64,000 nucleotides of DNA from Trichinella spiralis (taxonomy: Eukaryota). The stretch spans positions 903,527 to 967,526 of the forward strand of contig NW_003526940.1 in the NCBI RefSeq assembly GCF_000181795.1. The letters are read 5' to 3'. Below, one piece after another: positions 12,421 to 23,430 of the stretch. Positions within the stretch are counted from its first letter, which is position 1. Every line of letters starts with the position of its first letter. The translations under genes were made by a program, and so were the position numbers. The notes below the pieces were generated by a model. It had not been told where the DNA came from, did no database searches, and was given only the letters and a program-made list of their open reading frames with translations.

Positions 12421-15400
12421 GCATTTCTGCCGGCTTGGATGAATTTGTCAAACAACCACAAGGTGAACCGTATTACGTGACTGTTGGAAGTCCGGGTTTG
12501 GTTTTGCCTTGTGTGGTGCAATCGAAATACGCGTCGGCTCCGTATTCGGTTTACTGGATGCGTCTGGTGGACAATACCCCCTATTTGGTGCAGGCGGACA
12601 GCAAATATGAAATTGACCGACACTCTTGCGACAGTTGTTTCAATTTGCGCATCAAAACAGTCGACTACAGTCGGGATAATGGGAAATTTTATTGCCAAAT
12701 TGCCGGACCGGACGGCTTTGCGAGCACGTCGGTCGTGGCCGAGGTGGTGGTGTTGGTGCACCCGCAGAAGCCGACCCTGACCAAGGACCGGGTCGAAACC
12801 AGGGAGGGGCAGTTGGAGCGTTTGCAGTGCGAGTCGATCGGTGGCAACCCGCCGCCCGAGATGCGCTGGTTCTTCGACAACGGTACCGAAGTGACACGCC
12901 TGGCCACTGTGCACAACGCCACTTCCAAAGACAAGCCCACCGTCAGCACTCTGACCTGGCACGTCTCGGCTGACGAGAACGGTCTCCGGCTCGGCTGCAA
13001 AGTTTGGAACTTGGCCATGGGCAAGACCGCGCCCGCCCAGGAGATCTGGAGCCAGCGGTTGCTGGTGCGCTACCCGCCGAAAGTGACCGTCGGGCCGGAT
13101 GCTAGGTACGGAATCGAAGTTGGCCAAGAGGCGAAACTGACTTGCTCGGCTCGGGCCAATCCCCCGCCCACCAGATACAGCTGGCGACGCACCGGCGGCG
13201 CCAGGGACAGCACTTGGACCGAGCAGAACATCTCGCTGACGGTGGAACGCGACGACAGCGGCAGCTACGTCTGCAAGGCGGAAAATGCCGACGGTTCCGG
13301 AGAAGCGACCCTCGACTTGGACGTCCAATACGGACCGGAGTTGGTTGTCGCGGACGAGGTGGTGGTCCAGCAGGGGGAGACGTTGGTGTTGAAATGCGTG
13401 GCCAACGCCAACCCGCCCGCGAAATCCGTACTGTGGACCACGCCCGCCGGCGACACGCATCCCACTCCCACCCTCCACTTGCCCAACGTACGTCGCCAGC
13501 AGGCTGGCAATTACACCTGCACTGCCAGCAACGAGCTGCGTCTGTACGGCGCCGGTTCGCCGACGAGCCGCACCGCCTCGAAACGTACCCGCGTGCTGGT
13601 CAGCCACGCCCCGGGTGAGGCGAGAATTACGGTCGCCGAGCCGGTGTTGGTCGGCAGCACGGTTGTGTTGAACTGTTCCGCCTCGGATCCCGGATATCCC
13701 GCTGCTCGGTTTCGCTGGAAAGCGCCCGGCCAACGCGACTACGAATACGGTGCCAGGTTCTCGTATCCAATATCCGACGTCCAGCTGACCCACGCCGGCG
13801 ATTACTGGTGTCAGCCGTTCAACGACGTTGGCGATGGTCAAGCCAGCAAATACAAGCTCATCGTTCGAGGTAATTGTTTATTTATTTTTAATTACATTTT
13901 TTGGTCTATCAAATCCGCTGTTTTTCTTCAACATTCAAGTGTTGAATTTGTCAACTGGAGCAATACTAATTTTACATAGAATAATGTTGACAATTTTCCC
14001 GGTGAAATTTGATCCACATTTTCAGTAAGATGAGATCTTTTGCTTGTGTTGTCGAATTTTCTTCCATATTTTGTCAAAGAGAGAGGGCTATTTGTTGTTC
14101 TGTTGATGATGTTGCACAGTTTTGAAGCTTGCGTGCGGCAACTGTTGAAATTATTTACAAAGTGCTCAGTGCAGAGTGCTGAAGCTGCACAATGTGCAAC
14201 TGGATCCAAATAGATCGCATGGCGCAATTCAGGTACCATTGGGCCATTGCGTGTTTGTGCAAACAGTTTCGCCGGTGAATGGAAGAAAAATTTACTTTCC
14301 ATTCATTATAGCTGTTTGTTCAAATTTCAATATTGTTCAGTTTGAGCAAATTTTAGGCTGCGCATATTTTGAAGTGAAAATTAATAATAACACAGACAGA
14401 CGGACACACCGATTATGATTCGAATCAGAGATTCTCAATTTTAGCTGAGCGAAAATAATCAGTAATAATAATTTCATTTCAATTTCCTCATTTCTGTGTA
14501 CATCCAATTCTGACCAGTGAACTTATTTATGCAGAAGGAAGATTTTCTTTCCGGCTTCAAATGTCTCTTTCCGACTCTCTGTGCATACACCCGCCTGGCA
14601 CACACGCACATATCATTTTACATTTATTATTACTTATTTATATCATTGATGCAATGATGATATTTATTATTAGTAGAAGATGAGATCTTTGGAAAAGGCT
14701 TTAGGTTTTGAATGTAAAAATTTTTGAAAATTTTCGAAAAGTTTACAAAACGCAATTGCAAAACTTGCAAGCTTGCTAAACTGGTTGGATGTAAGCATTC
14801 ATTCAGTTTTTCAGCACAACAAGAGAAAACGAGGATGCTTTTTCTTCACTTCAAATGAAGCGTTTATTTATTTATTTGTTTAATTTTTCATTCATTTATC
14901 AAACATTCGCACGAACAAGCGGATTGTTTTTCACTTGGAAAATTGAAAAATTAAATACTTTGACAAACATACGTCCGTCTTTGCGCATATTTTTCAATGT
15001 AAATTCTCTTTTGCGTTTCAAATACAGCCAGAGGCGCATTATTTATTCTGCAGTGAAAAATGATGCTTTCGCTTCTTCAATTTTTGATCATTTCTAATTT
15101 TAATACCGCAGATGCAGTTTTTGTCTTGAAGCAACAAAATTTGACGAGAAGAATGATGTTTTCATTTTTTGGGGGAAAATTTTCGAAATATTTTTCTCTT
15201 ACACTGCTCGCAAATTAATCGTTTACTGCACTTTGTGCGTTGTGCTTCAGGCGAAAAATATAATCTACCATTAAAATTTGTTTGGACATCTGTGAATTTT
15301 CTCTGCAGTAGAGATATATATATATATTTTTTTTTGAAACACTTTTATTCCACGTCAAAGTAGAAAATTTCTTTTTATTCTCGCATTTTATTAATAAGAT

Positions 15401-16200
15401 TTATTATATTCTGTTTATTTTTTTTCTCTTCAGAACCTGCTCGTTTGGTGAAAACGTTAAAAAGCGAAGATACGGTGCGAGAGAAGGAAACAAATTACAG
15501 ATTAATTTGTTCAGCTCAAGGGAATCCTGTTCCAAATATCACTTGGTATTTTAACGATCAGCCAGTGAACAGTGAACGTTTTCTCAGCATTTTGGAGCCA
15601 GAGGCCCAGAACTGCGATGTACCGGAGCGCTGTTCGTACAAGGTAAATTTAATAGCACACCAATATTCGATATATTATTATTTCCCACGGTCAAGTGACC
15701 ATTATTGTATTTCGACGTAAACGGTTCCTATTGTACTTGACAACGGGGGTCAAGTTGCAATGTATTTTTACAGGTCAGTAGCAGTTTACAATGGCTGACC
15801 GGCATGCGTTGGAATGACAAAGGCTATTACACGTGCCAGGCTTACAACGGCGCCGGGCGTGCTTCGGAAAGTCGCATGCTGTTGAAAGTGCAACACCGAC
15901 CGGTGGTGGTGAACGATCCCGATCGACCGACCGTTGCAGCACAGCTCGGCCACCGGGCCCGGATTTCGTGCCGTGCCAGCGCCTCTCCGGAGCCGGTGTT
16001 CCGTTGGTACCGCAATGGTCAAGAGTTGAGTCAGTCGAATGTCGACTTCGGATCCACCCAGCAACGAAATCACTCTTTCGACGTATACGAGAACACGTTG
16101 CTTCTGTCCGACGTCCACCAGACCGACCTCGGAGCTTATACGTGCAAAGTGGCTAATCTGTTTGGCGAAGATTCTTTCGTTTTCACCTTGCAACCGAAAA
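12421..16200 (+). CDS. Multi-Ig-domain cell-adhesion protein (nephrin/echinoid-like), partial; exons 12421-13869, 15434-15642, 15774-16200
   Basis: About seven tandem Ig domains with C...W...DxGxYxC signatures (DNGKFYC, DSGSYVC, QAGNYTC, HAGDYWC, DKGYYTC, DLGAYTC) and CESIGGNPPPEMRWF. GT-AG sites are phase compatible. The signal-peptide exon and the 3' (FN3/TM) exons were not located; gap at 16859. Confidence 0.88.
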
Positions 16201-18363
16201 GTAAGTAATTTCTCCTCCACAGTTAGTTGAAGGGTGAAAAAATATTTCTCTCCTCTTTCTTATATTTTATATTTTGCATGCGTACTTTTTTCTTGATGAT
16301 ACAATAATAAAATTAGTCAGCTTGATAACTGGCAACAGCTGGTCAGTTTTGTAGCCATACAATTGGAATTAATTAGCTTGCCCCAAAGCACGTTGTATTA
16401 ATGTGTAGTGTAATTGGGAAATTTTCCACTTTCATCTTGAGAAGATTCGCTGAAACAAGAACTGAGTGGACGGGGAAAAATTGGCCGATGAGAACATTTT
16501 CTTCAACAATCACTATTTTCCATTTTGCAACAAACACAATTGCCTTTAATTATTGTCTTCATTTTGAAAATCTGTTGCGCTTTAATATTTTTATCAATAG
16601 AAATATTTCATGGGAGAGAAGAGTTTTATAGTTGAGATCCAGCAAGAAACATCTTCCAACAATTAGTCTTGAACAATCTCTTGAACTCTGCTTGAAGCAA
16701 TTAATCGATAATTGTTTGTTTCATCATATAAAATTCTATTTATGCGCAATGAGTGACAACATGTTTGAATAGAATTATTATAAATTGAATTTGAAATGAA
16801 AATGGTAAATGAAAAAATTTTCTTTTTTTTATTCCAGGTAACCCATCGACCTGCTTCANNNNNNNNNNACTGAAAAATTACCACCCCAAAGGATGTGATC
16901 CTTTTCGCCTATGCGAGCTTTATTTCAATTTACGATAATTTCCAATTTTATTGACAATCACGTCTTATTGATTTTTATAATATATCTGTTGCAGGCCAAG
17001 TCCATCGCAATTGGTGTACACACAGGCGGCCATTCAGTTACTCTGTTAATTTTTGATTTATAATTTTGCTTTTTAAATAAAATTTTACTTCTGTACTGTT
17101 TGTTGTTACTAATATACTTTTAATTTCTACTTTAAAATTTTTTATATTCTGAAAAATAACTTTTATTGGTTTATACTTTATTCCACTATAATGCATAAGT
17201 GTTGTTCTTTTTGTTTTACTGGTGTATTTCAACTTGTATACGTTGCCACTATAAATAAGTTACTCAGTATGACAACAAGTTTTGCACAATCTGGTAGCAT
17301 CACCCATTTAGAATAAATCAGATACAAAAGTAGAAAAAACAAAGCAGATGAAACAAAATTTTTTTCTTTCGTAACTTTAAATAGTGAAAATGCAAATTTG
17401 ACCTTTTCATCACTTGTTTCTCAACATGAATTTGGCCTTTTCATCGATTGTAAATGAATTATATCTTTTGCCGGCATACTGCTAATTGTTCAGGTAAATT
17501 CTTAATTTTCCCACATTTCAACATAATATTTAAAAGTGAGTTCAACAATTGGCTGAAAGGCTGCATGAATATTGTACGGTTGGCAAAGCTTTTATTTGGA
17601 AATGGCGATGTCATGGAGACTTCGCATAGCCTGTCACTTCTGCCATAAAATTTGTTTTTTCACCGATTGCCAAACCTATGTAATAAAATGGACTAAAAGA
17701 ATGGAGCTTGAATTATCAGGAACCACTAAAATATGGCGTTTTTATATAATAATATATTTTAAATTGCTTTTAAACTATTGTTGTGGTATAAAATTGTCTA
17801 TTCAGACGGAAAACACACGAAAATTGACTAATAGTACAGTAATAGTAACAGATAATCAAGTTGAATAACACACGTATTCGCTGTCGGCAGAATTTTTTCA
17901 TCAGATACATCGCGTAGATTATTTGTTCAATAAAAGTCAAGTGATGTGGATATTTTATGCTAAACAATTGGAACAAGCAAAAGATAGAACTGAAAACCGT
18001 GGGAACTGCATGACATTTGAGATATAAAACCCAGTTTGAAGCAGTTAAGTCTGGCAAATATTTCCTGTTTTATCAAGATACAAACTCACTTACTAATTTA
18101 CCATTTTTTGTGTTCTATTTGTTAATTTTTTATTACCACATTTTATATAGTGTTTCACTTTGGTACAATAAAATACACAACAGCAATTGAAATTGTTCTT
18201 AAAAATGCTACTAATTAAAAAGCATAGAATGCGCAAGTTTATTGTATGCAAAAATTGAAATGCAATGTTTATTTGTACAAAATGATGAGAATATTTGAGC
18301 AATACGATACCTATTCATGATGTTGTGTAATTATCATGTGACCATTTGTTCAACAAGTGTTTG

Positions 18364-19946
18364 TCAAAGTCGTCCGCTGTGCTTCAATAAAATACTCCAA
18401 TATAAAAGGTTGAATACCAAAAAAATAGAAGGAAATATTATTCTTGCGTATTTATCAATGTCGCTAGAAGAGCAGCAATGATGGTTTCGGAATTTTTTTG
18501 TTGACAGTTTTTTAAATGAATTCAAAGAATGCCGTTGAAATCTCGGATATTTCGGTATCGTTGTAGTGGACTGTGGAATTGCAAACGGATCTACCGGATG
18601 CATCCATGTTGATGCATTTAACGACTGAAGAGAAACAAAATTATTATTTTATTTTCTAACCGAATAAATTGAATAAATAAATTTTACTCACCGTCGTGCT
18701 AGTCAGCTTGTCGCATTCACATGGCAGTTCCTCAGTTGTATTCAGTTGGCAAGATGTACTACCTAATTGCCATGGATTCGGAGATGTTTCATGCATTGGA
18801 GGTGGTAGACGATTCAGAGGTGTGAGCAATGAAGGACCTGCAGACATTTGAGCGTCTTCTTGTGCGACTTTTGCAAAAGCGTCTTCAATTTTTTTCTGTT
18901 TCTTTCTTTTGTCTTTGTAAGTGACAAAAGCATATTCAATAAGTGCACAAAATACCATTACGTAGCAGAAACCAAGATATATGTCTACAGCTTTGACGTA
19001 GCTTACTTTCGGCAACTGCCCATTAGTTGTGGTCATCAGTGTCGTCATAGTCAAAACTGTCATAATTCCTAATGTAACTCTAGCCGGAGCTGATTCACGA
19101 CTTATCCAAAATGAAACCCATGAGATCATTACTACCATAAGAGCTGGTTGATAAATCTGTACCCAGTAGAAACTTAAATTTCGAGAAAATGTCAAATGAC
19201 AGGTTAACCTGGAATAATCACCTAAAAATGAAATGATTACTTTATAACATTTAATATTTAAAAAATCGTTACTTTTAGTTAAGCATATTTTAATATACAC
19301 TGCATAATGCACAATTTTTAGGTTATTGCTTCCAACAGGACTAATATTTAAACACATCACAATGAAAGCGTATTGATTATACAACATTACAAATAATGTT
19401 ATCTTTAATACTGAATCAGAAATGGCAAATGAAATACGAATTATTAATCATGACACATTTGATAATTTAAGCCTGTTGATAAATGTCATATTGATGAACT
19501 TCATTTCTTATTAGTAGTTGTTATTAGTTTCATAATATTTCTGTTGGTGATGGTGTCGCTTTCCATTCAAAAAACTACCAATAAATTGTTATTAAAAAAG
19601 AAAAGCAAAGATATAAATGAAAATGCTTCATTTCTTCAGAAACAAAATTGATTTAAATAGCAAAATTTCATTAAACTACTATTAAATTTTTTAACGTTAC
19701 AAATAGATAAAATTAGCACCAATTTTTTAGCAGTAGTAAATTTTACGTGGTTAGCATTACATTAAGACTAAGCTATTTTTTCTTATTTTTGAATGTGTGA
19801 ATTACCTGTACTGAGCGTAATTTTTCGTTCAACTATGAATAAATCCTGTAGCTCAAACGTCGGTAGCTTACGAATTTCAGCATCAAATGTAACAGACTGG
19901 AATCCTTTCAGCCAAAACAATCTTATATCAGCATCAGAGTAACCAT
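18364..19946 (-). CDS. GABA-gated chloride channel, distal alternative C-terminal cassette B (exons 19946-19806, 19221-18692, 18624-18364)
   Basis: Encodes YGYSDADI...TLSTGDYSRL, M1, M2 [21 protein letters not shown]3 and M4 IDKYARIIFP, then a stop. It has no N-terminal exons of its own; its phase-1 acceptor fits shared exon 5, giving a 496-aa product. Confidence 0.9.
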
Positions 19947-20430
19947 CTATGAAAAAACTATTTTTTATACGCAATACAAAAAATCGTAACTTTTTGTGAG
20001 CACCAGTTGAAAAAAGTATCTCTTTGGCATTTTATCAAATTATTATATATTCAAGAAAGATGTGACAGTTTACATTATAGAATATGAAATGCAACTTGAT
20101 TGCCTTGTTAAATAATAAAATGGGCACCTCGAATATTCGAATTCTATTTTTAAATTCTATTATGCCAGTAATGATAGTATTCAAGCTTTCTTTTTAAATA
20201 ATTCAATGGAGTAAATTTTATAAAGAGGAATAATAGATTCATATTCTACGGATTTAATCCCAATTTAGCACTTTTTCATAATATATAATACAGAAAAGTA
20301 AAACTTAGGCAATGAAGATGATTGTTCTTCGCAATGACAATAAGCTCGATAATAAGGATGAATTTTTCACAATTTTTAACGTCCTGAAATATGTTGAAAA
20401 AGACATAATCGGTGGTGAAAAACTTCTGCT

Positions 20431-23430
20431 CTAAACTCTAGAAACTTTTTCATTAATTTCTTGTCGACTAATGAAAAAACATGAAATCCAGTAAACGGCG
20501 TTGAAAAACAAAAAAAATAAAGGAAACATTATTCTTGAATATTTGTCGATGGATGACGGAGTGACGTGATGTAGCATGTGACGACGCAGTTTTGGTCGAG
20601 AGACAATTCGCATAGGCACTGGGCGAATTTGATTCATGTCACAATCACATTCAAGCTGTGACATAGAGAGAGAAGGGCTCATATCGGCATTCGCAAAACG
20701 CTTAGCATTGGGTCGATATTGAGCTCTATTTTTTGCTGAAGAGGTATAAGGGTAATATGATGATCGGGGTGCAGATCCCTGTAAAGTGAAAAGGATTTAT
20801 TAAAAAAAATCAAATTAGTTATATTCATCAAGGAATAATCATGCGTGACACTTTCATATTAAAACATTTTGCTAATTCATAAGATTCATCATTTTATACT
20901 TTATTTGATTCATTAAGAAACAGATTTTTTTTCTGCTTGCTAGCTGATAAGATACGCTAAGCTTATATTAAGTGGACAATAAAAAACAAATTTATTTTAT
21001 AAAATGTTGAAGTTTCTGCTTTTCATAAATCAAAATTACACATTTTCAAAAGTTATAAAAATATTTTATAAACAATTTTTTTTCATTAAAAAGCAGCCAA
21101 TTGCTTAAACGTTAATTAAGCAGTAACTATATATCGATTATTGATAATTGTGAAAATAATAATAATAATAATATTTGAAGCAAATTATAAGAAGAAATAG
21201 ATGAAGCAGCAACTTACAGAAGATACGAAAGATGCCATCATTGGATCGGCAGATGATAAAATCCCAGAAGAAGACAAAGGTGGAGGCATATGTTGAACAG
21301 TTTGTTGCTGCTTTCGGCGTTCTTGTTTCATTTTAACTTTTTTGTTCAAGTAACTAACGGCAGCATATTCAATCAATGAAGCAAAGACCATAACAAAACA
21401 TGTCCCCAAATATATATCTATAGCTTTTATGTAAGATACTTTTGGCAAGCTTGCATTAGTAGTGGTCATTAGTGTAGTCATTGTTAACACTGTTGTAACA
21501 CCAAGAGCGACACGAGCAGGTGATGCATCACGATGAATCCAAAATGAGACCCAAGAAATTATGACAATCAGCATTGAAGGAATGTATATTTGCATCATAT
21601 AAAATCCAATGTTACGCACGAAAACAAATTTTACATGGAGTCGGGAATAATTGCCTTAAATTAAAATTTTTGAAACAAACAAATTCACTATTTTATTGCT
21701 TTACATGATAAGTTTGTGCTATTTTAAAGAAAGCTGTTACTATAATCTACATTTATTATTCATAGATGAATAAGTTAAAAGAAAAACATTTTACCTGTAC
21801 TTAATGTTATTGTTCTATTCTTCATTGTAAAATGTGCCACATAAAATTGTGGTAAAAATACTTCGTCCATTGTTACAGTTTTGTTTTCAAGCCATCTATA
21901 TTTTGTGTCTGCTTCAGAATAACCGTCTATAAAATGAGAACAGAAGTGTGTCACTGAAAAAATCTGATGCTACTTTGTTGCCAGCTTTTTTTGTGCTTCA
22001 ACAATGTACAAAGCGAGCAGGGTGGAGGTAAACAAAAGTGAATACCGCGTTCAGCGGTTTACGAGCATTAAAAATGGGAAAAATATCATCACCAAAACTA
22101 CCGTCTTACTGTAAACAGCGCTGAAACAGAACTAATTTTCTTATTCTCAGGATTTGACGTTACTGTGCAATATTCAACTGGTGCACCACAAAGTGATAAA
22201 ATAAAAACGAAATCTACAATGCATGTGTCTAATTGTTTCTACTTACAGCTTTCAATTTCCAAGGTGCATTCTTGGGAATCCAAAGGAAACAAATGTAGCA
22301 ACATTGGACAAGATGCAGTTACAGTTAATCTTAAATATTAAATTGTAGTGTTGTTGATTTCACATAAAAATAAGAACAGATAAAAAAAAATTCAATATTA
22401 CTTACCTCTGACTTGTGAGAACTTCACCACTGCCTTTTATTCGAAGAAAACTGTTATGAGTAGTAGCCGTGTGCATGTAGGATTTCTTTTCATTGGGAAA
22501 AAATGTATCTGGCACCCAAATATCTTTTGTGTATTCCCAACCTACGGTTAGTTCCTCCTTTGCACCGAGTCTTTTTATATTTAATCTGGGATCCATCCAA
22601 TTTTGTCGAAGATAAAAATCAAGTGTGTAATCCTAAAAATAAATTATAATATATACAAATTGAAATACATAAAAAGCACTTAACAATACAAGTGATGAAA
22701 TATGCAGGTAAAATAAATTTGATTCATTCATATAACTTGAAAAGTAATTGTATTATCTGTTTGTTGAAAATGTTATTTATATCAATAAAACTGCCAATCA
22801 TGGAGTTTGATAATTTAATTTTCAGAGAAAATAAAACTTTTTCATACAATTTACATGGTGTTCATGAAAGTACAACTCACCATTTCTACCTCTGATACAG
22901 CACTTATACTGGACACATGCATCGTTATGCCAACATCAACAGTTCGTCCTTAAAATTATGAGTTCGTATTTTTTAAGAAAACGTAAAAAATACAGAAATT
23001 ATACCTCCATAATTTGGTCGTAATCTTTTGTCATAGTAAGTTTTATTGACAAGGATGTTCAAAATGTGAGTAATATTTCTTGATAGCTCACTTACCCTGA
23101 AAAATGTCCACTTGAATAAATTCAAATTTAATTCTTGCATAATTAGGGCAATTCTTAGAAATTCTTGTAAGCAGCATTTTAAAAAATATATACAGTTTTC
23201 AATAAATTTCGTTATAAAAAGGGTTAAATTTATATTTAATATTATTAAAATAGTATATTATTACTCTAAATAAATTTGAATTCATTCCTAAAATATTTGA
23301 ATTCAATTCATTTTCATTGATAAGCCAATAATTAAACTTACCCGTGAATTTCGGATGATGTATAACAATTAGAAACGTCTGAGAAAACAAAACAAAAAAT
23401 TATGGTTAATAAAATTCGTTTTTTCTTCAT
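20431..23430 (-). CDS. unc-49: Cys-loop GABA-gated chloride channel subunit, UNC-49/RDL family. Shared exons 23430-23342, 23096-23005, 22948-22881, 22632-22406, 22329-22247, plus proximal cassette A 21926-21795, 21654-21218, 20778-20431
   Basis: Signal peptide [49 protein letters not shown], Cys-loop [20 protein letters not shown], and anion-selective [16 protein letters not shown]. All splice phases are consistent, giving 491 aa. The symbol rests on family motifs and the shared-N/alternative-C layout. Confidence 0.9.
22173..22192 (-). promoter_or_regulatory. Candidate intronic RNA docking site complementary to 19993-20011
   Basis: Pre-mRNA UUUGUGGUGCACCAGUUGAA pairs with UUCAACUGGUGCUCACAAA: 12 contiguous Watson-Crick pairs, a 1-nt bulge, one G-U pair and 6 further pairs. 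Confidence 0.65.

Noticed and set aside
12396..13841. 481-aa antisense ORF over the Ig exon, and similar ORFs over the Patched-related gene
   Set aside because: Shadow ORFs expected from GC-rich codon usage; no recognisable motifs.
16869..18300. Possible third GABA receptor cassette or 3' exons of the Ig gene
   Set aside because: No YGY, PAR, M4, FN3 or TM-like exon could be found.
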